Positions 1 to 11,548 of a stretch of DNA of 64,000 nt are shown in pieces. The stretch is from Oopsacas minuta. Its lineage: Eukaryota; Animalia; Porifera. The stretch is taken from NCBI GenBank assembly GCA_024704765.1, contig JAKMXF010000345.1, forward strand, positions 124,001-188,000. Reading direction: 5' to 3'. Numbering within the stretch: position 1 is the stretch's first letter; every line of letters starts with the position of its first letter. The position numbers were made by a program, and so were the translations under genes. The notes under the pieces are model-generated. The model ran no database searches, was not told the DNA's origin, and saw only the letters and a list, made by a program, of their open reading frames with translations.

Positions 1-1352
1 CACCACGTGTGCCGTACGGTCCTGAAAATCGCGATGAAGATAAACGTGATGATGACGAGCACGAAACACCGACTTTTTCACTCTTACTTCGTTCGACAAA
101 ACCGCAAACTCTCCCAGTACCTGAACCAATTATACAAATCGACTCTGAAAACGCAGAACTTCGCGATCATATAATGATTTCATGCGTGAATCTGTTAGCT
201 TATGATTTATCACCTTGTGCGAAATATCTCAGCCAATATTTCGCGATTTTCCAAATGTACTGTAAATTAGGCCGGCCGGAGTGTGACCATCTTTTGAAAC
301 TTGGAGTCCCAGAACTTTTTATGGCCGCGGCACTTCACGAGGGGCCTGGGCCTCCCATAATTTCACAATCCCTTGATTTAGCGAAACTTTTCTCTTTCGT
401 CGCGATTCTACTTCGGTGCTATGATATTTCGCATTTGCAACAAAGCGCAAATCGAGAAGCCCCATTGGAGAATTCGTTCAAAAACGGTGAACCATACAGT
501 ATTATGCCGGAGAATATCCAAAATAGACTTTTCTGTAAAAACTCAATAACACTACACACAAGTTATGTCAATAAAATGCTCGAAGAATGCCCAAATTCTG
601 AAGAATGTATAAGTCTTTTGAAGTTTTGCTGCTGGGAAAATTGGGATTTTTCTTTGCTGGTTATAAGCGAGGTAATTTTTGAATTAAGCAATTCGCATAA
701 TTATGAGTTACGACAGTTTATGGATTTAATGTTGAATATTTTAATGTTGGAAGATTCTTGGCAGCGAAAACGCGTGTTACTCACTCTTAGGGGAATTGCA
801 AACGATGTCGATTCGCTCTTTGATATCATCCATAACTCACGAATGCATTACCAAAAACGTGCGTATTTAGCATTGAAACTTGTCCTACAAATTGTCCAAT
901 TTTGTCCATTTACAAAGGACTTCTTGATGAATGATTACACGATAAAACGTCGGTATATGATGGCTGTTGATTGGTTGAATGATGAGTTGAGTAGGCGTAT
1001 GATGACGTCAGCTTATTCTAACTATAACAATGCATGGTCACATTCTACTTCCAATGAAACTTCGACAAATTCATTGTTCCTTGAGCGGACGAATTCAGCG
1101 CAATCGCTACTTGTGAACGCGAAATTATACTATGTACCTGACCAGGTAACACCACCACCAGTGCAAGATTCTGGGGATGAGACCAATTCTCAGGACGAGG
1201 GGGACAAACCAACTACAGTGGAGGTTCAAGAAATATTGGATGATTCTTCTCCGACATCTGTTGAGATGAATGAGCTTACTAGCCACAGCTCTCACCCGGA
1301 CAACCTCGATCAAATCGGTCAAAATTCACCACCAAAATCTCCAATAGATTAA
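1..1352 (+). CDS. USP9X: C-terminal part of ubiquitin carboxyl-terminal hydrolase FAF/USP9X-like deubiquitinase (5'-truncated by the window)
   Basis: 447-aa ORF, open from the window edge. Motifs CCWENWDFS, LEDSWQ, HYQKRAY, WLNDEL and FLERTNSAQ match the USP9X/faf C-terminal region. Ends TAA at 1350-1352. Confidence 0.85.
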   Translation, partial: PRVPYGPENRDEDKRDDDEHETPTFSLLLRSTKPQTLPVPEPIIQIDSENAELRDHIMISCVNLLAYDLSPCAKYLSQYFAIFQMYCKLGRPECDHLLKLGVPELFMAAALHEGPGPPIISQSLDLAKLFSFVAILLRCYDISHLQQSANREAPLENSFKNGEPYSIMPENIQNRLFCKNSITLHTSYVNKMLEECPNSEECISLLKFCCWENWDFSLLVISEVIFELSNSHNYELRQFMDLMLNILMLEDSWQRKRVLLTLRGIANDVDSLFDIIHNSRMHYQKRAYLALKLVLQIVQFCPFTKDFLMNDYTIKRRYMMAVDWLNDELSRRMMTSAYSNYNNAWSHSTSNETSTNSLFLERTNSAQSLLVNAKLYYVPDQVTPPPVQDSGDETNSQDEGDKPTTVEVQEILDDSSPTSVEMNELTSHSSHPDNLDQIGQNSPPKSPID

Positions 1353-1372
1353 ACAAAGGCCATTCGCCTTTA

Positions 1373-1730
1373 CCACACACACACACACACAGAACTCTTT
1401 AATACATTTAATCTTCCCCAAAATAACCTTTACTTTTTAAAATCTTCACCGAAAGATTTTGTCAAGCACAGTGGCAATGTACTTTTCCAATGCCACTCAA
1501 TATTAGTATTATTATTATTATTATTATATATTGCCGGCAAATTTTGAAATATCGAGCTACTATCTATTAGTGTGTATATATTAGATAGTAGAATTTGCTG
1601 TTTGTTTGTTTGTTTGTTTGTTGTTTAATATAATTTTAATTTCTAGTAGTGTAAAGGTATTGAGTATACAAATATTATTAGTTTATGCTCTCCAATATTA
1701 ATGTTTGTTGTTGTTGTTGTTGTTGTTTCG
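1373..1730. repeat. Microsatellite cluster (CA)n, (ATT)n, (GTTT)n, (GTT)n downstream of USP9X
   Basis: Directly visible runs near 1373-1390, 1509-1527, 1600-1622 and 1706-1727. Confidence 0.8.
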
Positions 1731-1864
1731 TAGTTATTAGTATTATTTTGTTGTTGACTTTCTTTATTCATGCTTGTTTGTTAGCAACAACAGTTAGTCA
1801 TATATACTTTTGATTCATTAAATGTATAGAGTAAAATGAAATTTGGGTTTGTTTATTTCTATTA

Positions 1865-2025
1865 CAGTGTAACTTCCACAAACGGGGAACTTCTGGAAAC
1901 GGATTCGAAAAGGAATAGAGCGAATCTCATACAAATGAACCTCAACGAACGCGGAATTTGGCAGAAACTGCGGACTAGGTAGCAATTTTCGACGTTCTTA
2001 CACAACGTTTGTGGAAGCTACACTG
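1865..2025. mobile_element. Tc1/mariner-like MITE, family A (CAGTGTAAC(C/T)TCCAC...GTGGA(G/A)G(T/C)TACACTG)
   Basis: Terminal inverted repeats flanked by TA on both sides, no coding capacity. Related copies near 6481, 11833-11988, 20691-20817, 29930-30064, 35203-35337, 42657-42736, 53026-53112, 53580-53629, 56181-56333, 57365-57490 and 59682-59849. Confidence 0.8.
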
Positions 2026-2762
2026 TATTTTGCAATGGTAATATTTCATTCGCCAACTGTCCTGCTATTTACGGTCGTCTCCATTTATTCGGATATGGGA
2101 TTCTTGCTGAAACCTTAACAAAAATCGAAATGGTGCCGATTTTCCCTGCGTGAGACTAATATACTTGCTATCACCTTTTACGAATTTCCCGTGGCTTTCA
2201 AGTCAAATCCAGATTTATCAATATTTCCAGTAACTTCACGTTTCCTCCTTATTCCAACCGAAAATGTCCATAAATATTTCCAAAAATATCCCCGAGATTA
2301 TTCAAAATGTACTTCCTCTATGGATCTATGCTAATCCGTTCACCCATTCATGAAATCGTGGAAAACTGAGAAATTTATAGTTTCTATTTCCAGAGAGATA
2401 TAACTTTACTCGAAGGTGAAGCCTATATCTTTGCCAACTGCTTTTCGTTTCAGTAATATGCTCAAATGCTTCCAAAACCGAACGTTTTATTCATTACTTT
2501 ATGAGTTTCTCATGACTGCCATAGTAGATATTCGTATAAGAGCATGGTGAGGTCTTTTGACGAATCTTTCTAATCTTATTATGAGAGGGAAACGAAATAT
2601 TATTCTTACCATTTGCTATTCGGTTGTTAATACAATAATGTATGAAGTTGCGGCGTAACGTATTGAGGTATAATTTCTAACTGACATTTCCCAGAATTTT
2701 ATGATAATTTACACTATAATATATTCTATTTTCCCCCCAAAATATCAATATTTCCCAGTCAA

Positions 2763-5700
2763 ATGACAGAAAAATCAATGCCAAGTTTACCAACCATGAC
2801 AATATCAAGACCCCGAGAAGAAAGTGACGTCACAACTCTTGCACCACCAGCTGCCTTACAAGGAGGATTATTTAAGAAACGTAAATTGCCATCAAAAGGA
2901 TGGATAAAGAGATATTTTTCTCTCCAAGATGGCATTCTGAAATATGCAGTCAATTATTCTCATTCTGCCAAGCTAAAGTACCATGGAATATATGATTTGG
3001 GTAAGTTATTAATGTTAAACATATTTTCCATTTGCATATTTACCAACAGCTTTAGTTCCCTTTAGATTTTCCATCAATTAATAGCAATTGAAGGCTATTA
3101 TTAAGGAAAAAGGCACATGAAATTGCGAATATTTCCCTGTATTCTCGAATTCTTCCCGCGCTTTGTGACGTTACTCGTTCGCTAAAACAGCCTTTGTTTA
3201 TCATCTTTTGCTAGAAATTATTATGAGGCTCTATCGCGATTTTTTTGGGAAAGTTCACGTATTTAACGATATAATATTTGCTCTCTAATATGAGACGTAA
3301 TTAGTTCATTCAGATACAGTTTTCCAAGCAAAAATATGAGAAAATTCATAACTCTTTTCCCATTTATAAATCGAATTTCCTTTATTTATACATTCACACT
3401 TTAGGACGCAGCACAATAGTATTCTACAGCCAAGCAAAACGTTTTGACATTGACAGTGACAACGGTGTATGTCATATAAAATGTAAAAATAGTAAAGAAT
3501 ATGAAGAATGGTCGTTGGCTTTACGGAAACATAGAATGTATAAATTGGGTAGTGTTTGGGGACGTGAAGATTTTATGGATGAAAATCATAAGAAGGCACT
3601 ACGTGCTCGTTCGAGTTCTATGCAGAATCATGCGTTGGCTAATTGGATTGTGAATACAGATTATTTTGTACAGGTAATTTACCATCAACTCCAGTTATAT
3701 AGAAATACCCGCTTGTATCGAATTCTTAATCTTTTGGGTGAGGCGAAGAAAATACATATTTTCTATATTAGACATAACACCAATCCGTGGTGAACTCGCT
3801 TCCATACTTTGAGTCTTTCAAGAGCTTGCCCCAAATCGTTTGTAGTGCAGCTCCTACAGGGAGATGCACTAATGGTAAGGACGATGTGTGACGTCTTACT
3901 TCCATATCCGCGGTCATTACAAACGTTACATTTTGAGGTGTAGATTTACACATATGAATATTCAATTTATTATACAACTGGATTGTAGGATTTCAAGACA
4001 ACACTCGATGAAGCTAAGTCCCAACTCAACCAAATAATGAAATCAAATTCAATAATGAGCCTACCTACTGATTCAACAGCCAGCACACCTTTAGCCAATG
4101 AGTCAAAAAACACGTATCCACGAAGTTCAAAAAAGTCCTCAGCCAAGAATAAGAATCGTAGAAGTGTATCACCTTCCAGGACTCTACCTGTTATAACTAA
4201 CTTAGATGCTGTTATTATTGATAAAGGAGGATATAGGAATTCAGTTCCTACAGATTTTGATAGTAAAGGTGAATTTATTATTATTCAAAGTTTTCGGTAG
4301 TGTGTTTAGTCACTGCGAAAATGGGAGGTATTCGAAGAAATAATTGAGAAAGGACAATTTCTAGGGTAATGCTCAAAAGAGATCAAAGAAAAGCCTTAAA
4401 TTATCTAGTGCGAATTCTCCCGATACCTTTCTATACTATTAACACTATCTACTTAGCTCCTTTCGATGTAACTTCTCTTACGTCATCACTCACTTGTTCA
4501 GATACAATACTACATGCTGGTAATGACACTACACCTGCAGTAGATTCTGTGTGTAGTAAATTGTCTGAACTGATTCATATGCTGGAGAGACAACAACAGG
4601 AATTGAAGTTCGTTTATATTGGGAATATTCGGTCGCTCGTTATTAATGAGAAACTTGTTTCAGCTCCACATGATGTTCATATACAGTTGAACTTCGTAAA
4701 TACGAATAGGGTTAATATCAATACCCGGATAAGACGAACAAATTTGTTTGTTCATTGGTGTTCGTATTAGCGAATTTCCACTTTAAGTATGCAGGCGAGC
4801 GGCAGTTCATTGTCATAATATCAGTATCTGATAATTTTCTGACATTTCATAATACAAATTCATGGAAATATTCAATGATTCTACTTGGAAATATGTTAAT
4901 TTCGTGTGTCAGAGTAGGTCTGTTAGTTTGAAGTTAAGTCACTACTTCACTCGTTAATTAGTAAATACAATGGAACCTGGTTATTACGGACAGTCAAAAT
5001 ATGTTCTTCTTATCTAGAAATTAGTATTAACGATGTTCCAATGTATTTGTTTAGCTGAATTTCACTCAGAAATTCTTGAAATTCGGACAATATTCATGCT
5101 TGCATTGGAGTTGAAACAATTTCCAACTAATAGTGATTCGAATCGTTTTTAGATTGCTTTTCCAATAGAATAGCTCTCCAACAAGAATCAGAAAAATACA
5201 CACAGCAACGTGTCGTCATCACAAACCTTAAACTCAGCTTAAACGAGGCTCTAACACAAAATACAGAGTATAGAGAGAAATTAAATAAAATTAAAGGAAT
5301 TGTTAATTCAGATAGTGATACACAGTTTGTTGAAGAGCAACCAGAAAATGATTCGAATACACTTCCTATGATTGAGGTATGGCGGAACTTCGATGATACG
5401 ATTTTCGGACATTTTCAGAGCATGATATTTACATATGCACAAATTCAGAGTCTTTTTCACACCTTTTTGTATATACTTATGTATTTGATGGCAGAGACAC
5501 AATCTTTTCAAAATATGTATCTTTTTTTAGGAAATACAAGAATGGTCTAACACACAAACATGCCCTCTTTACGAACAAAAAGAAAGTACTCCCTCTCCCC
5601 TCGAATTATCAAGACAAACCTCAGCCATTTCATCTTCAATTTTCTTCGATGCTTTCGAAGATAACAATTCTTCTATTCCTTATTACGATGCGGACCATGG

Positions 5701-8700
5701 ACAATTGTCATCTGATGAAGTCGATGAGTTTGTTGGTGATTCTGATAACGAGAATTCTGATACAGAACTTGTAAGCACCCCCACTGCAAGTAGTGCAAGT
5801 AGAGAGGGTAATTTTAATGATGACATAGTTCACAGTAAGGCAATAGGTGTAAAGAAACGCGGAATGTTACCAGCTCCACGACCTGATATTGGTAAGACGA
5901 TTTTACTCATAGTCTTATGAGAATTTGAGAACGATCTTCTAAGCCAGCTGTTCCCAACTTAGGTTCCATGGGCCCGGATTGGACACGTCCCATAGATTTG
6001 TCCAAAGTTCATAGATTTTGTTTGTGGCATGAAATTTGTGGGGACTTCTCATCTGGCAACAATGTCCACTGTTGGAGAAAGGTTGGAACAGCTGTTTTAA
6101 GCGCTCGAAAGTAGGGCCATATACAACCAATGATGATAGTTACATTCAAACAGGTGGCCTCAGTCTTTGGAGTATTCTACGTAAGAACATTGGCAAAGAT
6201 CTATCACGTATATCAATGCCAGTAGCATTGAATGAACCTCTTAGTGCTTTACAACGATTATCAGAAGAACTTGAATATTCAGAATTAATTGATAAAGCTT
6301 GCCAGTGTGAAGATGCATATGATCGTATGTTGTATATTGCTGCATTTGCATTATCACCTTATTCTACGTCATATTACCGAGCTGGACAGAAGGTTTTTAA
6401 TCCGGTTTTGGGTGAGACCTACGAGTTAATTGATGAGGAGCATAATTTCAAGTTTATTGCTGAACAGGTAAAGTTATATACAGTGTAACCTCCACGAACG
6501 GGATACCTAAGACGCCGAAAATGCTACCCCAGTTTGTGGACGTCATTTGTATGGAATTCACTTTGTTTCCAGAAGTTTCTCGTTTCCACAGGGGCCCAGT
6601 TTGTGGAGGTTTTCGTTGTATTTATACATTGAATTATCCACATCTGCCCTGTTTAATTTTCCTTGAGAAACTTCCCTTTTTCATTAAATTATACTCTATT
6701 GCAGCTTTCCCAACCTGAGATCCTCCATGAAACCCTTGATGGTCCACGGGTAACCGAAGGGTGTCTACATGATCTCAAATTTCTATTACAGTCTGTATTA
6801 TACTCAATTACTACTAGTCTTACTTATTCTAACCGTATTTAGGTATCACATCACCCTCCTGTATCAGCTTGTCATGCTGAAAGTCCTAACTTTATGTTCT
6901 GGGAAGATGCTAGACTTAAATACAAATTCTGGGGACAGTCTATGGAACTCTATCCAACTGGTTAGTAACTACAAAAATATTATTGTTAATTTGCTAGAAA
7001 ATTGTGAGGATTTAATCACTGCTATTTTTTGAATGAATTCTTTGGTTCTGAATATGTCTTTATAACAATCGCTGGCAACTTGCAATCACCCACGATCCCT
7101 ACGTATTAGCTAGAATCCACTGGAATTTATCTAATTGCACTATCTGAATAGGCTTTATATAATTCTCATCAATTTACTTTCATTTATTGAGAGAGATTCG
7201 TCTTAATCGGTAAAATGATTTGTTTTTATGCTCCTGTTATATAGTACACGGATATATCGAAATACGATTATATGAGTTATATCGATGTCTGAAATTGTAC
7301 AAATATGGCCCCAAGCCGTCAAAGTACAGTCAAAGCTCAACGGACCATATTAATTACCTCAATATATCCGTGTTCGATATCACGATAGTTGACTGTAGTA
7401 ACCTCCTTATTCTAAATACGAACACAGCAAAATTCCAGATAAGACGAACAAATTTTGATTGTCCGTTAGAAATCGTATTAAAAAGGATTCATTAGGTATT
7501 TCATCAGGGGGGGTATATCGAAATAATCATAGCGGTCTCTTAACTTCGTTATAACGTGAGTTTACTATTGTAACTATTCTAGGCAGAATAAATCTTTTGT
7601 TATCAGAGAAATCAGAACATTATACTTGGTCAAAGGTAACCACATGTGTACATAACCTGCTCAATTTCCAGAGTAGATGGATTGAAAACTATGGAGATAT
7701 GCTTGTGACGTGTACTAGCACTGGAGTAACTTGTAATATTTGTTTGTCGAAGAGTAGTTATTTCTCGAATAAGAAGTATGATATTAAAGGCAATGTTATT
7801 TCTGGTGAAGGAGAAAAGGTAAATAGATTTCGTGTTGATGAAATGCATTGCTTTTACAACAATTGGCAATGTCGCAGACAATGCTTTCAACGCCTTGTTC
7901 TTGTCATAAGTCAAAGTTCATGCCAAAGAGATCTTTTAGCTTTGTATATTGATCTGGCAACACTACCCAAAGGGCAAAAATCATTTTCTATAGTTCTTAT
8001 TATTTCTATTTCCCATTATATTGAGGCTTATTTGGTAATAATTGAAAATATCTTTGTACATATTTTGTTGCTAGGTACGTCATTTATTCGGTATGCTGAA
8101 AGAAGGTATCTATTCTGGTACTGAAAATGGAGAACATGTGTGTCTTTGGCGTCCAAACCTGATGCCTCCGAATTCCGAAACTTATTACGGGTTTTCAAAG
8201 TTTGCTATGGAATTGAATTATCTTCCTGAAGAGATGAAAGAATATTTACCTCTGTAAGTCGATAGTTATGTACGTGTTTGTCAGTTGATTAGTGATTACG
8301 ATTACAGGAAATGTTGTAATCGATTACTACCTACCTATGATTACAATCGATTACAACGAATACAATTTCGATTTTCTTTAAGATGTTACCATTGTTCCTA
8401 TTACGTCATTGATTAAATCATGTTATGTAATTGTATGTAATCGATTACAATTAACAACGGTCTTTCCTATAATCATATGTATACGATTACAATTGATTAC
8501 AAACGATTACATTTGTAAACCTTATCAGCCCGCAAGTTGATGTTAGCTATGAAATTGGCGAAAACGATCGGATTCATTATCCATGGTCCAGTCTTTCCTG
8601 AGGAACAATTTTTTCTAGATCTGATTCAAGATTCCGTACTGACCAACGTCTTCTAGAAGATGGCTATCTTCCGCAAGCTGAGGAAGATAAACTACGAATC

Positions 8701-8868
8701 GAACAAATTCAGAGAGATGTTAGAGCAAAGCGTGAAGAAGTTGGAGAAGAATGGCTCCCTAATTTTTTTGAAAAACAAGAACACAATGATTTATGGATAT
8801 ATAGACAAAATTATTTCTCAGCACGTGAGGCAAAATTCGCAGATATTCAAATACCAAAATTATGGTAA
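2763..8868 (+). CDS. OSBPL6: Oxysterol-binding protein-related protein, ORP3/6/7 subfamily (PH - FFAT - ORD), multi-exon
   Basis: Exon 1 (2763-3000) and exon 2 (3405-3673) give a PH domain ([17 protein letters not shown]...[13 protein letters not shown]...WSLAL). FFAT-like SIFFDAFED near 5636. ORD signature [40 protein letters not shown] at 6160-6280. EQ|VSHHPP across 6467/6842. Last exon ends IPKLW* at 8868. The specific paralog name is uncertain. Confidence 0.9.
8285..8512. repeat. Cluster of (TC)GATTAC(A) motifs in both orientations inside an OSBPL intron
   Basis: About ten gattac/gtaatc motifs within about 230 bp, probably subterminal repeats of a non-autonomous element. Confidence 0.5.
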
Positions 8869-9430
8869 CCACTTCATATACATGCATATATATATTTACT
8901 GTATACTGTCAGATTTAGGTGAGAAATATCCTATTGGTGATGTCATATGTTGAATACAGAATCCCAATGAATTGTTATATGTTATAACATTTTGACCACC
9001 TCTGTCCTCACCTCCTTTTTTTGCGCTTTTTACCGTTTTGTAATACGAAAATAATGAGCTGTCACATTTTGCACACCACACCTCTCCCCTTGTAGCGTTT
9101 CGCGACGTTTGACGGCTCTATAATCATTTCTCACTCTGTACGGTTGCTCATGCCCTGAATATTTTGACCAATTACTCATCTGACCCTTCCTATCCGTGAC
9201 CCATGATCCATTGTGTGACCCATTGGGGCTGTGAATGTGCCCTGCGTCCCGCGGCCCTATCCGCGCATACTTTAAAGCTACACTAATATGTAAAATGATT
9301 AAGATATGAAAATAATAGAATAAGGATAAAAAGGTATTTGTTTCGACAAATTGGATATACGTAATAGTGAATATATGTGTGTGGTCCTAACTAATAAGTA
9401 ATGAAGTTATATGAGCTGTAAGTTATCATG

Positions 9431-10768
9431 TTATAGGAGCTGCCAAACTAAGAACGACAGCAATAAGAATAGAAGGAGTATGCCTTCAGATGCCAGTTTA
9501 TTGACACCTGAACATGTAGACATGTCTGAATTCAGTGTGAATCCAGTGTTACAGGAACATGTATAGGAGCCATTTGTATTAGTACATACTTGATCACAGT
9601 TATTATCTGCTGAATTAGAACACTCATCCATGTCCACACAAGTGTCATTTTCGAATAGATATCCAGCTTCAACACATTCACAAAATGAACTGTTAAGAGT
9701 ATTAACACAAACGCTATCTGATGAACAGGTAACTGTGAAACAATTGAAGGAAGACTGATTGCAAAAGAGATAGTTTGAACTGTTAGAAATTGAATTACCA
9801 TTCGTACATGTTCCTATAATTGTCCAACCCAAATTATCTGTCACGTGATTAGTCCATGACATATCACAATCACAATTGAATGGATTACCTCTTGCATCTA
9901 TAGTATTTAGTGATTTCTGTTTTTCAAAGAATTTCTGGTCCAATGTTTGTAACTCACCATATAGTACAATTAATGTCTCAAGTTTAGGGAATGTGTAATT
10001 TAGTAGAAAATCGATAGTATCTGAATAACTAAGATCTAAAGACGTCAATTCATATAATCCAGTAAATACATTTTCTCCAAAGATTGCATTCAGTTGAATA
10101 TTGTATAGCCTGAGGGTTCTCAGCGTTGTGATATTTGCAAAGAGATTTCTGGGAAATTCTTGCAGCCCTGGACCAAATAAGTCAATTCTTTCAATACTTA
10201 TCGCATTTTCAAATGCATTTTCAGCCAACTTATACCATTCTATGTTTGAAACAAAACGTAACGATGTTAGTTGAGGTTAATTGAGCATGGAAGAGTCGAT
10301 AGTAATTAGTGAAGGGAGTTTCAAATCTAATATGTCGATGGTTGTAAGACTGGTGGTATTAAATATAGGAAACCCATTTATTGTCATTCTATTCATAAAT
10401 ATTAATTCCAAGTTGGTGAAACCGATTAGAACATCTTCAGTAACGGTTAAGGTATCGCCTTTATTGAAAAGTACATACCGAATATCTGGCGCAGGATTGT
10501 TGAAAATAAGTTCATTATTTCCATATACGTGTAAATATAAAAAAGAAACACCAGCAGGAATATCTAACATGATTGTTTGCCCTTCCATTCCCCTGATATG
10601 ATAGGTATGTGAGCTGGAGGGGGAACTCGCGTTATTGATACAATCCTGAATAAGTGAGGTAACATTTGCAGGATCACTTGTTGTAATATCACAAGTTATT
10701 TGGCTAGAGACTAGTGAGATAGTTCCGCAGAATAGCCAAAGAATGGCAGAAATACAAATGAACATCAT
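9431..10768 (-). pseudogene. Intronless LRR + LRRCT + EGF/EGF-Ca cell-surface protein, probable GPI-type C-terminus, interrupted by one in-frame TAA at 10277-10279
   Basis: Signal peptide MMFICISAILWLFCGTISLVSS at 10768. The two ORFs (10277-10846 and 9431-10228) are in the same frame, joined by SSMLN*PQLTSLRFVSNIEWYK. LRRs (LRTLRLYNIQL, LTSLDLSYS), LRRCT (GNPFNCDC), Ca-EGF (DMDECS...CDQVCTNTNGSYTCSCNTGF), hydrophobic C-terminal tail. Could be a nonsense allele or a base error rather than a fixed pseudogene. Confidence 0.7.
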
Positions 10769-11548
10769 GTTTAGATAATTTCTTTGAATACAAACAAATA
10801 TGCAATTTGATACTTTTGTTACGAATTTATAATATTCTGGAATCAAATCTGTATATTCACATGATGTCTTACGTAACTCGAACTACGATGGAAACTATGA
10901 GAACTATTGGGATTACTCTCCAACCAAAAAAATGTAAGATCCTTTCTTGTACTCCAATTGATGAGAACAGAATTTTATTATTATTTACGAATATGGAATT
11001 TCAACTGTCTTATATACCTTCAAAACGGAAATATATTCTTGAAGCAGAGGCGTAGCCAAGGTGGTCCGCACCGGTGCTTCACACCATCACCGATTTCTGA
11101 AGGGCCACCTCAGGTGGTGCATATTTTATGGTGATCCGCACCAGTGCATGTGTTGTGGGCACAATTTATGAGACTGATAAACAAATTGTTTCAAATGTTT
11201 GTTTATATTAACAAATACGCCGAGCTTTATTAACTGAAAATATTCTCTTGTGTGAATACTACATATGTAACCAGCGCACCTCCATAAGTTATATCCTTGC
11301 TACGTCACTGTCTTGATTTATATTTAAATTAGCTATTTGTTGAATATTATGAGTATAATCCCATTCATAAGTAGCTATCGATTCCAGAGACCGAACCAAA
11401 TCTAGCAACATTGTATACGCGTACACATCAAACTATCTAATACAGTGCAACATTTCTATTATATTATACGTATGTAGAATACCATCTGCACAGTTTATAG
11501 AATTTTTCAACTAACAGTTTATTTGATATTGAATAGCAATAGTACGTC

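Noticed and set aside
10277-10279. Variant genetic code with TAA read as sense
   Set aside because: TAA terminates other genes here (USP9X at 1352, OSBPL at 8868, PPAN at 20627), and no other conserved gene has internal stops.
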